A DNA stretch of 64,000 nt, from assembly GCA_004431415.1 (NCBI GenBank), contig QPMI01000157.1:62001-126000 (forward strand), in the 5' to 3' direction. The position numbers and the translations under genes were made by a program. The notes under the pieces are model-generated. The model worked only from the letters and a program-made list of their open reading frames with translations, had not been told where the DNA came from and searched no databases. The stretch is from Cyanophora paradoxa CCMP329. Lineage: Eukaryota > Plantae > Glaucophyta. Below are positions 12,901 to 25,760 of the stretch, in pieces. Each line of letters begins with the position of its first letter. Within the stretch, counting starts at the first letter, position 1.

Positions 12901-13363
12901 CGAATTATTTGTCTTGACGGTGAAGCGCCGGTTTCAGACAAAGCTGCAGGCGTCAGTGCTTGTGGTGGCGGTTCTCACGCCAGGAGCGTTAGATCGCTGC
13001 CGGATCTCTGCGGTGGGCTCGGAGAACGATTGGGTTCGCAAGGAGCTCACCGTCGCCTGCGAAAGCAAGAAGGCCGGCCGCTCTGCTCTCCTCTACTCTC
13101 ATCGCCGCTCTAAAATATTGAACAGGCCATAGTTCGGTTCTCGACCCGAGATTCGAATGGCCTGTCGATTTGCCTGCCGAGATCCGCGACCTACCTCGAC
13201 ATCAAGGTTAGCAAATCAGATTGCAATCGATATTGATCATGATGCTTCTGTGAACACATATATACCTTCGTACGGCAGGCGTTGTGTGGCAGCACGACTA
13301 TGTCGATGCGTGCGTGGTCAAGCTCTGCAGTACATTCAGAGCGCTGTCGACGCCGTGTCATAG
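9990..13363 (+). CDS. RCC1-SAM-TIR protein, copy 2
   Basis: Near-identical to copy 1 apart from scattered small indels. Confidence 0.88.
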
Positions 13364-13669
13364 TGTTGACTACGTCCATATATATATAGATTCCTTGCTC
13401 CTTCATTTATATATATATATATATATATTATATTGTGTCTTTGCTCCTTATATATATGTTGCAATTGATTGATTTGAACCCCATGCACATGCAATATGCT
13501 TCATGGCATGTGCATTAATCAAAGAGCACACCAAATCCCTCCCCTCCACACCCTCCGCTTCTTCCCTCCCCCCCCCCCCCCCACCCCCCCCCCCCCCCCC
13601 CCCCCTCGCGGTCCCCCCTCTCCCCTGCGGATCCCCGCAATCGCCGCCGCCCTGCTTGGGCGGCGCCGC

Positions 13670-15725
13670 CCAAGCGGCGGGAGTCGGAGCCCTTCGTGGA
13701 CACGGGCCTCGAGGGCGCGACGTCGCCGTCCTCCGCGACCCGACCGGCGAGGAGCGGCCCTACTGGTCCGCCCCGCGCCCCCGACGCGCCCGGCCCCCCG
13801 CCCCGCCCGCTGAGGCGGGCGCAGGGAGGGCGGCCTGGGCCCGCAGCTGCCCGAGTACGAGTGGACGCCCTCGCCCTCCGCCGGGGACTCCGCCTCCCAG
13901 CCAGCGCCTTCGTGCGCCCCGCCCCGCCCCGCCCCGCCGGCGCGCGCGGGGCCGTCTGACGCCAGCGGGGCCCCAGGAGGTGCTCAAGCGCTACGCGTCG
14001 GTGAAGGAGGAGGAGCCGGCGGCGGCCGCGGCGGGCCGGCGGCGGCGCTCCCCGCCTTCCAGTCGCGCTCCATGAAGCCCCCCGCAAGCCGCCCCGCAGG
14101 GACCCGCCGGCAGCGCCGGCAGCGGCGGCCCGGCGCCGGCTCCCGGCCGGGATCGCGCGGGACGGGGCGGGGCGGAGGGGGCGGCGACGGGGCGGGCAGA
14201 GCGGGGGTCGGGGGCCGGGCTCGGGCGGGGCAGCCGCCCCGGCAGCCGCCAGGGCCCCGGCTCCCAGCGCTCCAGCGGCAGCGGCTCGCAGCGCGCGACC
14301 ACGCCGCAGGCCGGCTCTTTGACGAGGGCACGGCGCCGGGCCCGAGCGGGGCGCGTCGGCCGGCGCCGGCTCGCAGCGGGCGCGGCCCGGCTCCCGCGGG
14401 CCCCTCCCCGCCGGCGCCCCGGCTCGGGCGGCGGGGGCGCGGACCCGGCTCGGGCCCCGGCAGCCGCGGCGGCGCCGGCTCCGGAGGCGGCGCCGGGGCC
14501 GGCTTCGCGGGCATCGCCGGCGCCCTCGGGCGGCCGCACTCGGGCGCCTCGGTGCCGGGCTCCTCCCGCGGCGTCTTCGGCTCCGCCGCCGAGGGGTACG
14601 ACGACGGCGGCGAGGGCTCGGACCCGGACAGCCCCCCGCTCGCGGTGCGCCCGCGCGCGTCGCCCCCGCGCGCCCCATCTCACGCCGGCGCAGCGCTGGA
14701 GTGGACGGGCCAGTGGCCGCCGCCCTGCCGCACGAGTCGGAGCTGGGCCGGGCCCGCGGGGCGCCTCGCGGGGTGCCTCGCGGGGCGCCGGCTCGCAGGC
14801 CGCCACGGCGCCGGCTCCGGCTCCGGCTCGAGCCCGGGCCCGGCCTCGGGCCTCGGCTCCCGCGCCGGCAGCCGCTCCGCCTCGGGCCCGAGGCCGGGCA
14901 GCCGGGGCGAGGCGGCGGCCTCGGCGGCGCTGGCGCGGCGGCCGGGTCGAGCTGGCGCTGGCGCGGGGCGCCTCGGCCTCGGCGGAGGCGGGGCCGGCGC
15001 GGGGCCACACGGCGGAGCGGGAGGCGGGGCGTGGCGGGGGCGCTCGGCGGGCCTGGCCGCCCAGTTCCTCCAGTTCGAGCTGCGCCGCATGGCCCGCGCC
15101 GCCCGCACCCCTCCACCCCTCCCGCCCCCCTCCCGCTCTCCTCCGCTCCCGCCAGCGCCCCGCCGCGCCGGCCCCGGGGCGGGGGAGCCCTCCCGCCGGG
15201 CCGCGGCGGCCTCCGCTGCATGACGCCCGACTCGGCCTCCGTCGCCTCCGCCCCGCGCCTCCCCTCGGCCCGGCCGCCATGGCCGCCCCGCCGGGCTCCC
15301 CGCAGCGGCGGGGCCCGGCGGTGCAGACGCAGCCCTCGCCGGCCGCCGCCACCGCCCTCGCCCTCGTGCCCCGTCCCGCTCCCCGCGCCCCCGCCTCCTG
15401 CTCCTCAACCCCGCCCCCCGCCCCCGCGCTTCCGCCTCTCCCGCCCCTCCCCGCGCCCCCGCCCCGCCGCTCCCCGTCCCCGTCGGTGTCCCCGCCGCCT
15501 CGCCCGCCGCCCCGGGGCCCCGGCGGCCGCCCGGCGGCCGACCTCTCGTCCGCCGCCGCCCTCCTCCTCGCCTCCCGCCCTCCCGCTCCGCCTCCGCCCC
15601 CGCCCTCCCTCCGGCCCCCGCCCCGCCCCCGCCCCCGCCCCGATCGCGAGCCGCCGCCCAGCCCGCCCCCGGGCCGCCGCCGGGCGCCGCTGGCGCGGCC
15701 CACACCCCTTCCTTTTCCCTTCTGA
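13670..15725 (+). CDS. GC-rich low-complexity spliced gene, copy 3 (start uncertain)
   Basis: Repeat copy of the same exons. Confidence 0.45.
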
Positions 15726-16895
15726 GGCCGCGGTCCCAGGCGGCTACTGCGGCGGGGGCCCGAGCCTCGTGCGCGCGACGCAGCCCGTCGCGCTCAGCAG
15801 CGGCGCGCCGCCGCGGCCCTACTCCTCAGCCCGCTGGCTCAGCTGCAGCGCGCCCCGTCCGCCCCACCTGCCCCTCCCTCCAGCCTCTTCCCCATCTCGG
15901 TGTAGCCTGCCCTGAGCTCGAGCCGTACGCGTGGCAACTGTGTCTATATATAATCGAATTGATCGAGTCCGAAAAGGTATTTCAGGGGGTACGATAAGTT
16001 GGTGGCCTTCGGCCAAAAGTTCGGCGCAAGCCGTTGTGGCTTGAGCTATGAGCTTAAGCTTGAGCCACGAAGCTTGATGGGCTCTTCGTTGAGCTTGAGC
16101 TAGAGCTCAACGAGCTTGAGCTAAAGCTTAACGAGCTTGAGCTATAGCTTAACGAGCTTGAGCTATAGCTCAACGAGCTTGTTCACGAGCTTGATCATCC
16201 AGCTGCGGCTTGTGCTTGTTAGTTCCGAGTTGAATTAGTTCCGAGTACCCCACCCTCGCGATCGATGTCCGCGCTCCTCTCCTGGCGCGTGGGGGCGACT
16301 TTGATGATGTTGCGCATCAACTACATCCTCATTGGACTCGCGAACATCGATATCGGAGTCCCCCGCGCTTCTGTATTGAGCGTCGTGCTGAGCGACACAT
16401 TCGCGATCAGATGGTTCTTAGTGATCATGCTGTTTTTGAAGCCGGAGTCGCATTTCGACGGCGTATTGTCAAGTTTTGAGAAAATGGTCTGGAGATATGA
16501 ATCTTCTCCACCTTTTTAGCGTCTTTGCGGGGCGTGCAATACGTTCCTTGTGCAGCGAGACGTACGAACAGAACTTTGTATGAGATCTAGAGCCAGGAAC
16601 TTAGAATCAATTAACGGCTTGCGCCGAAAATTCTCGTTTTTCAGGGGTACGTGAGGCTCGCGCACGCCACATCAGCTAGCTATATAGCGATAGCTAGCGC
16701 TGCAGGCTAGACGACCCGGTCGTCTATTGCAATCGTGCTAGCGCTGTATACGTAGTGTTGCACATGTCCTAGGGTCGGAAGGTCCGACGCGTTTGATCAT
16801 GAGCTAATGCTTCTGCTCATGATCACCTGATGTTGCAGCTGTCGAGTCCTTTTCATCTGGCTACCACGACCGCGACCGCGGCCGGATCATCGATC

Positions 16896-19800
16896 ATGGG
16901 AGGCGCTCGTTCGGCTCCAGTCGATCCACGACCTTCGGCTCCAGCACGCACAATGGAGGAGCAAGCACTTGCGCATGCGCATGCAAGCGATCGCAAGACG
17001 CGTGCGCAGAAGAGCGAATTGCCGGAGAGCACGGGCTTGCGGCAGTATATCGAGTTGTTCCGTTTGCCGAATGAGGTGGTCTCGAGCTCGGAAAGCGCAA
17101 CGTTAACTGGCCCGTTGCCATGGCCCCAGGCAATCGCAGCAGACAGCACAAAGCAGAGGCGGTGCCGCTTCAGCACGAAAGGGCCCTTCCAGCTCGCTAC
17201 ATCCGCCGACTCGGCCTTCTGGGTCTCCGTGCGGCCCCTCCCTCTTGCTACCTTCGGGGCGCGCGCTTCCGCTCCTTACGCTCACCAGAGGCTGGCCGGC
17301 TGTTCCGATGGAGGCTGACGCTGCTGGACGCCCCGGCTGCGACGAGTTCGAAGAGGAGCAGCTGCCGGAGCTGCCGGTGTCGGGCCTCCACCACGGGGCC
17401 CGCGACCGGCTGAAGCAGGTCGCCTGCGGGGCCAACTTCGTCTTCGCTCTCTCCGAAGAGGGCGTCCTCTTCGCGCGCGGCAGGTGGGTCATCCGGGACA
17501 GAGGGCGTCCATTTGGGGCCGTAGCTGACGCTCCCGGGGCGCACCCGGGTGCAGAAACGAATCGGGCAGCTGGGCCAAGACAGTGACGTGCCCCACAGTT
17601 ACAGCCAATCCTTCCTGCGTGTGCCGTACAAAGCGCCGGTGGCGGCGGTGTCGGCGGGGCACGCCTTCGCTGCCCTCCTCACGGCGGGGGGCGAGGTGGC
17701 GACGTGGGGCGACAACTCTTACGGGCAGCTGGGGCACGGCCCGGCCGTCGGGCCCCTCCTTCGCCGGCCAACGGCAGTGAAGAGCCTCCAGCAGTGGAAG
17801 CCCTGCGTAAAACTTGCATGTGGTCCACATCATGTCGTCGTAATTGACACAGAAGACAATGTTATCGTGTGGGGTTGCACAGGCTTGCCTCGCTCTGACG
17901 CCGTGCGCCTGACCTTTGCTAAAATTTTGTGGCTCTGGCCTCAATCGATATCGTTATACTTTGCTGCAGGATCGGATGCGGGCGGTCCCTGGAGTGGTGC
18001 CCGGGGCACCGCGCGACGTTGTTCAGGTCGCCTGTGGAGGCGCCATTGGTGTCGACGGGCACACTGCCCTTCTTACTGGTGCATGCATATGCCGCCGGTC
18101 CCCTTCGCGATCGGATCAATCCTTCAAAATCTACTCATGTATCTTTCGGACCTTGATGCTCAGCACATGGCAAGGTGTTCACATTCGGACGCGCTGCCGA
18201 GTGTCAGCTCGGCCACCACTACGGATTCTGGGAGGCGCCTTGTTCTCAAGTGCAGGTCCGGATCCAGGATCCGATCATCCCCCTTGAACTTCTCCCAAAT
18301 GAATGCCAGCAGATGGTAACAAGGTTGGTCCGGCTCGTGACAACCGTCTCTTGCAGTGCTGGCGCCACGTATCTGCGTGCTGGTGCATTCTTGTCTGTTC
18401 TACATATACGTATACACTATATGACCTAGTCAGTCTATGACCATGTTTATCTATGCGCATGCAGAAGACGGCGAGCTGTACCGTTTTGGCTCGGGTCAGT
18501 ACGGTTTACAGCAATTAATAACTAATGTGCGTGATATCAATCGTCAAACATATATCGGCACGACTTGTTACATCAGGGCATACTTAATGCATTTGCCGCT
18601 TGACACGTTCACGTGCACGTGCGCAGAACCACGTGGCAGACATTGTCTCCTCCAGTTACCACACCATCGCAATCTGCGGTTTGCATTAACACTGACAGTT
18701 GTATATTAACGTTGCTTGCCATTCGACATATAACAGCTCTTCCTTGCATGCGCATGCGCGTGCACAGTTGTCCGGGCGCACGCAAGGTTGCAGCAGACGG
18801 ATCCAGATGCAGATCTTGCAACGAAGCTTCAAAGCGCACATTTCAAGTTCGAAATCGAGAAGGCTCTTATACTTAATAGTGTTGAACAACAAAACGCCAC
18901 GGTTTGTGGCTGGTTTTCCTGATGCTGTTCCGAGATTAAGTTGCTTCGAGTTTTAAATGTTTCCCTCTTCATCTTCAGAATTCTTCGCATGCTTCGAACT
19001 CGAATTATGCTCCAGACGTCGATCCTGCTGCTGTGCAGTTGCATGCAGCTTCTGCCCGGCTTGCAGTTGAAGGTGAGCACGCCGAAAATCAAAGTCTGCA
19101 GCTCTATTTTGATTTTAAGTAGTGCCGACCGATCCGCGAACCATGCGTGTGGCGGATGTGTCGAGTGGCTTCGATCTCTTGATCTTGGAATGCTCGCGGC
19201 TTCCTTTGAGAACAATTGCGTGGATGGGATGGTGCTCTTAACGCTCACCGATGCTGACCTCCAGGGGGAACTCGGCATCTCGTCAAGCCTCATCCGCCGC
19301 AAACTTCTAATGAAGGCTAGTTCTTTGTTCGATTTTACGGTTTCAATTTCTCTGGTTTTCTCATACACTATTTGTTTAAATTACGTTCTTTCAGATCGGC
19401 GAGCTCGCGCAACAGCATAATCTTTCATCAGAGCGGCCTCGTGATCAGAACACTCAGGCTCACGCGTACGATCAGCGGCCTCAAGCTCTGGCAATTTCAA
19501 TGCGCTTGCTGCCACCGGGTGCTTGGTGTTCAATTGTTACCAAATTCACAATTCGAAACGTAACTGTCAGATTTGAGTTTCATGTGTTTCTGTCATATCG
19601 TCGTGCTGGAGGCTCTGATCGCTCCCACCTCCTTCGCGAGCGTCTCGCTGCTTTGGGGTTTATGCTTTCTTCCCCTGCTTACAGCTGATGATTGCAATTG
19701 CTTTACCTGATGGATATCTGCAGGTACCGAGTGTTCATGGATGTCTCAGAGCTTGGACAAGGCACATTCGACCAGCAGCTTGTGGTAATTAAATTGTGCT

Positions 19801-20274
19801 CGATTCTCCACGAATTATTTGTCTTGACGGTGAAGCGCCGGTTTCAGACAAAGCTGCAGGCGTCAGTGCTTGTGGTGGCGGTTCTCACGCCAGGAGCGTT
19901 AGATCGCTGCCGGATCTCTGCGGTGGGCTCGGAGAACGATTGGGTTCGCAAGGAGCTCACCGTCGCCTGCGAAAGCAAGAAGGCCGGCCGCTCTGCTCTC
20001 CTCTACTCTCATCGCCGCTCTAAAATATTGAACAGGCCATAGTTCCGGTTCTCGACCCGAGATTCGAATGGCCTGTCGATTTGCCTGCCGAGATCCGCGA
20101 CCTACCTCGACATCAAGGTTAGCAATCAGATTGCAATCGATATTGATCATGATGCTTCTGTGAACACATATATACCTTCGTACGGCAGGCGTTGTGTGGC
20201 AGCACGACTATGTCGATGCGTGCGTGGTCAAGCTCTGCCAGTACATTCAGAGCGCTGTCGACGCCGTGTCATAG
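16896..20274 (+). CDS. RCC1-SAM-TIR protein, copy 3
   Basis: Near-identical to copy 1. Confidence 0.88.
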
Positions 20275-20589
20275 TGTTGACTACGTCCATATATATATAG
20301 ATTCCTTTGCTCCTTCATTTATATATATATATATATATATTATATTGTGTCCTTTGCTCCTTATATATATGTTGCAATTGATTGATTTGAACCCCATGCA
20401 CATGCAATATGCTTCATGGCATGTGCATTAATCAAAGAGCACACCAAATCCCCTCCCCTCCACACCCTCCGCTTCTTCCCTCCCCTCCCCCCACCCCACC
20501 CCCCCCCCCCCCCCCCGCCCCCTCGCGGGTCCCCCCTCTCCCTGCGGATCCCCGCAATCGCCCGCCGCCCTGCTTTGGGCGGCGCCGCC

Positions 20590-22637
20590 CAAGCGGCGGG
20601 AGTCGGAGCCCTTCGTGGACACGGGCCTCGAGGGGCGCGACGTCGCCGTCCTCCGCGACCCGACCGGCGAGGAGCGGCCCTACTGGTCCGCCCCGCGCCC
20701 CCGACGCGCCCGGCCCCCGCCCCGCCCCGCTGAGGCGGGCGCAGGAGGGCGGCCTGGGCCCGCAGCTGCCCGAGTACGAGTGGACGCCCTCGCCCTCCGC
20801 CGGGGACTCCGCCTCCCAGCCCAGCGCCTTCGTGCGCCCCGCCCGCCCCGCCCCGCCCGGCGCGCGCGGGGCCGTCTGACGCCAGCGGGGCCCCAGGAGG
20901 TGCTCAAGCGCTACGCGTCGGTGAAGGAGGAGGAGCCGGCGGCGGCCGCGGCGGGCCCGGCGGCGGCGCTCCCCGCCTTCCAGTCGCGCTCCATGAAGCC
21001 CCCCGCAAGCCGCCCGCAGGACCCCGCCGGCAGCGCCGGCAGCGGCGGCCCGGCGCCGGCTCCCGGCCGGATCGCGCGGGGACGGGGCGGGGCGGAGGGG
21101 CGGCGACGGGCGGGGGCAGAGCGGGGGTCGGGGGGCCGGGCTCGGGCGGGGGCAGCCGCCCGGCAGCCGCCAGGGCCCCGGCTCCCAGCGCTCCAGCGGC
21201 AGCGGCTCGCAGCGCGCGACCACGCCGCAGGCCGGCTCCTTTGACGAGGGCACGGCGCCGGGCCCGAGCGGGGCGCGTCGGCCGGCGCCGGCTCGCAGCG
21301 GGCGCGGCCCGGCTCCCGCGGGCCCTCCCCGCCGGCGCCCCGGCTCGGGCGGCGGGGGCGCGGACCCGGCTCGGGCCCGGCAGCCGCGCGGCGCCGGCTC
21401 CGGAGGCGGCGCCGGGCCGGCTTCGCGGGCATCGCCGGCGCCCTCGGGCGGCCGCACTCGGGCGCCTCGGTGCCGGGCTCCTCCCGCGGCGTCTTCGGCT
21501 CCGCCGCCGAGGGTACGACGACGGCGGCGAGGGCTCGGACCCGGACAGCCCCGCTCGGCGGTGCGCCCGCGCGCGTCGCCCCCGCGCGCCCCATCTCACG
21601 CCGGCGCAGCGCTGGAGTGGACGGGCCAGTGGCCGCCGCCCTGCCGCACGAGTCGGAGCTCGGCCGGGCCCGCGGGGCGCCTCGCGGGGCGCCTCGCGGG
21701 GCGCCGGCTCGCAGGGCCGCCACGGCGCCGGCTCCGGCTCCGGCTCCAGCCCGGGCCCCGCCTCGGGCCTCGGCTCCCGCGCCGGCAGCCGCTCCGCCGC
21801 CGGCCCGAGGCCGGGCAGCCGGGCGAGGCGGCGGCCTCGGGCGGCGCCGGCGGGCGGCCGGGGTCGAGCTGGCGCTGGCGCGGGGCGCCTCGGCCTCGGC
21901 GGAGGCGGGGCCGGCGCGGGGCCACACGGCGGAGCGGGAGGGCGGGGCGTGGCGGGGCGCTCGGCGGGCCTGGCCGCCCAGTTCCTCGAGTTCGAGCTGC
22001 GCCGCATGGCCCGCGCCGCCGCACCCCTCCCGCCCCCTCCCGCTCCTCCCTCCGCTCCCGCCAGCGCCCCGCCGCGCCGGCCCCGGGCGGGGGAGCCCTC
22101 CCGCCGGGCCGCGGCGGCCTCCGCTGCATGACGCCCGACTCGGCCTCCGTGGCCTCCGCCCGCGCCTCCCTCCGCCCCGGCCGCCATGGCCGCCCCGCCG
22201 GGCTCGCCGCAGCGGCGGGCCCCGCGGTGCAGACGCAGCCCTCGCCGGCCGCCGCCACCGCCCTCGCCCTCGTGCCCCCGTCCCGCTCCCCGCGCCCCGC
22301 CTCCTGCTCCTCAACCCCCGCCCCCCGCCCCCGCTCTTCCGCCTCTCCCGCCCCTCCCCCGCGCCCCCGCCCCCGCCCGCTCCCCGTCCCGTCGGTGTCC
22401 CCGCCCGCCTCGCCCGCCCGCCCCGGGGCCCCGGCGGCCGCCCGGCGGCCGACCTCTCGTCCGCCGCCGCCCTCCTCCTCGCCTCCCGCCCTCCCGCTCC
22501 GCCTCCGCCCCGCCCTCCCTCCCGGCCCCCGCCCCGCCCCCGCCCCGCCCCGATCGCGAGCCGCCGCCCAGCCCGCCCCCGGGGCCGCCGCCGGGCGCCG
22601 CTGGCGCGGCCCCACACCCCTTCCTTTTCCCTTCTGA
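20590..22637 (+). CDS. GC-rich low-complexity spliced gene, copy 4 (start uncertain)
   Basis: Repeat copy of the same exons. Confidence 0.45.
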
Positions 22638-23816
22638 GGCCGCGGTCCCAGGCGGCTACTGCGGCGGGGCCCGAGCCTCGTGCGCGCGACGCAGCCCGTC
22701 GCGCTCAGCAGCGGCGCGCCGCCGCGGCCCTACTCCCTCAGCCCGCTGGCTCAGCTGCAGCGCGCCCCGTCCGCCCCCCACCTGCCCCTCCCCTCCAGCC
22801 TCTTCCCCATCTCGGTGTAGCCTGCCCTGAGCTCGAGCCGTACGCGTGGCAACTGTGTCTATATATAATCGAATTGATCGAGTCCGAAAAGGTATTTCAG
22901 GGGGTACGATAAGTTGGTGGCCTTCGGCCAAAAGTTCGGCGCAAGCCGTTGTGGCTTGAGCTATGAGCTTAAGCTTGAGCCACGAAGCTTGATGGGCTCT
23001 TCGTTGAGCTTGAGCTAGAGCTCAACGAGCTTGAGCTAAAGCTTAACGAGCTTGAGCTATAGCTTAACGAGCTTGAGCTATAGCTCAACGAGCTTGTTCA
23101 CGAGCTTGATCATCCAGCTGCGGCTTGTGCTTGTTAGTTCCGAGTTGAATTAGTTCCGAGTACCCCACCCTCGCGATCGATGTCCGCGCTCCTCTCCTGG
23201 CGCGTGGGGGCGACTTTGATGATGTTGCGCATCAACTACATCCTCATTGGACTCGCGAACATCGATATCGGAGTCCCCCGCGCTTCTGTATTGAGCGTCG
23301 TGCTGAGCGACACATTCGCGATCAGATGGTTCTTAGTGATCATGCGCATGCTGTTTTTGAAGCCGGAGTCGCATTTCGACGGCGTATTTTCAAGTTTTGA
23401 GAAAATGGTCTGGAGATATGAATCTTCTCCACCTTTTTAGCGTCTTTGCGGGGCGTGCAATACGTTCCTTGTGCAGCGAGACGTACGAACAGAACTTTGT
23501 ATGAGATCTAGAGCCAGGAACTTAGAATCAATTAACGGCTTGCGCCGAAAATTCTCGTTTTTCAGGGGTACGTGAGGCTCGCGCACGCCACATCAGCTAG
23601 CTATATAGCGATAGCTAGCGCTGCAGGCTAGACGACCCGGTCGTCTATTGCAATCGTGCTAGCGCTGTATACGTAGTGTTGCACATGTCCTAGGGTCGGA
23701 AGGTCCGACGCGTTTGATCATGAGCTAATGCTTCTGCTCATGATCACCTGATGTTGCAGCTGTCGAGTCCTTTTCATCTGGCTACCACGACCGCGACCGC
23801 GGCCGGATCATCGATC

Positions 23817-25584
23817 ATGGGAGGCGCTCGTTCGGCTCCAGTCGATCCACGACCTTCGGCTCCAGCACGCACAATGGAGGAGCAAGCACTTGCGCATGCG
23901 CATGCAAGCGATCGCAAGACGCGTGCGCAGAAGAGCGAATTGCCGGAGAGCACGGGCTTGCGGCAGTATATCGAGTTGTTCCGTTTGCCGAATGAGGTGG
24001 TCTCGAGCTCGGAAAGCGCAACGTTAACTGGCCCGTTGCCATGGCCCCAGGCAATCGCAGCAGACAGCACAAAGCAGAGGCGGTGCCGCTTCAGCACGAA
24101 AGGGCCCTTCCAGCTCGCTACATCCGCCGACTCGGCCTTCTGGGTCTCCCGTGCGGCCCCTCCCTCTTGCTACCTTCGGGGGCGCGCGCTTCCGCTCCTT
24201 ACGCTCACCAGAGGCTGGCCGGCTGTTCCGATGGAGGCTGACGCTGCTGGACGCCCCCGGCTGCGACGAGTTCGAAGAGGAGCAGCTGCCGGAGCTGCCG
24301 GTGTCGGGCCTCCACCACGGGGCCCGCGACCGGCTGAAGCAGGTCGCCTGCGGGGCCAACTTCGTCTTCGCTCTCTCCGAAGAGGGCGTCCTCTTCGCGC
24401 GCGGCAGGTGGGTCATCCGGGACAGAGGGCGTCCATTTGGGCCGTAGCTGACGCTCCCGGGCGCACCCGGGTGCAGAAACGAATCGGGGCAGCTGGGCCA
24501 AGACAGTGACGTGCCCCACAGTTACAGCCAATCCTTCCTGCGTGTGCCGTACAAAGCGCCGGTGGCGGCGGTGTCGGCGGGGCACGCCTTCGCTGCCCTC
24601 CTCACGGCGGGGGCGAGGTGGCGACGTGGGGCGACAACTCTTACGGGCAGCTGGGGCACGGCCCGGCCGTCGGGCCCCTCCTTCGCCGGCCAACGGCAGT
24701 GAAGAGCCTCCAGCAGTGGAAGCCCTGCGTAAAACTTGCATGTGGTCCACATCATGTCGTCGTAATTGACACAGAAGACAATGTTATCGTGTGGGGTTGC
24801 ACAGGCTTGCCTCGCTCTGACGCCGTGCGCCTGACCTTTGCTAAAATTTTGTGGCTCTGGCCTCAATCGATATCGTTATACTTTGCTGCAGGATCGGATG
24901 CGGGCGGTCCCTGGAGTGGTGCCCGGGGCACCGCGCGACGTTGTTCAGGTCGCCTGTGGAGGCGCCATTGGTGTCGACGGGCACACTGCCCTTCTTACTG
25001 GTGCATGCATATGCCGCCGGTCCCCTTCGCGATCGGATCAATCCTTCAAAATCTACTCATGTATCTTTCGGACCTTGATGCTCAGCACATGGCAAGGTGT
25101 TCACATTCGGACGCGCTGCCGAGTGTCAGCTCGGCCACCACTACGGATTCTGGGAGGCGCCTTGTTCTCAAGTGCAGGTCCGGATCCAGGATCCGATCAT
25201 CCCCCCTTGAACTTCTCCCAAATGAATGCCAGCAGATGGTAACAAGGTTGGTCCGGCTCGTGACAACCGTCTCTTGCAGTGCTGGCGCCACGTATCTGCG
25301 TGCTGGTGCATTCTTGTCTGTTCTACATATACGTATACACTATATGACCTAGTTAGTCTATGACCATGTTTATCTATGCGCATGCAGAAGACGGCGAGCT
25401 GTACCGTTTTGGCTCGGGTCAGTACGGTTTACAGCAATTAATAACTAATGTGCGTGATATCAATCGTCAAACATATATCGGCACGACTTGTTACATCAGG
25501 GCATACTTAATGCATTTGCCGCTTGACACGTTCACGTGCACGTGCGCAGAACCACGTGGCAGACATTGTCTCCTCCAGTTACCA
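23817..25584 (+). pseudogene. RCC1-SAM-TIR copy 4, disrupted by LINE insertion in the last RCC1 exon
   Basis: Identity to other copies stops after ctccagttacca (25584); SAM and TIR exons of this copy are not in the window. Confidence 0.9.
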
Positions 25585-25760
25585 GACTCTTGCGGCCCTC
25601 GGTGGGGCGACCTGGTGTACCCCGAAAAAAAGGGGCTTCCTTAGAACTTCTTTCCTGCTCGTGCAAAAGCGCGGGAGGACCAGCGGACAGCACAGAAGCA
25701 CTCGGTAGCCTCTGGCGAGCCTGGTGATACCGAAATCAACGGAATTCCGGAGATGGAGGT

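Larger units (their letters stand above)
1..25584. repeat. Tandem segmental duplication, ~6.9-kb unit, ~3.7 copies
   Basis: Position 1 sequence (ccctccgccggggactcc) recurs at 6965, 13874 and 20793; the ORF track repeats with the same period; the array begins before the window and is cut by the LINE at 25585. Confidence 0.97.

Noticed and set aside
111-22912. Many long overlapping Arg/Pro/Gly/Ala ORFs on both strands in the GC-rich blocks
   Set aside because: Expected from stop-codon scarcity at very high GC; they differ between near-identical copies. Only the spliced + strand reading is supported.
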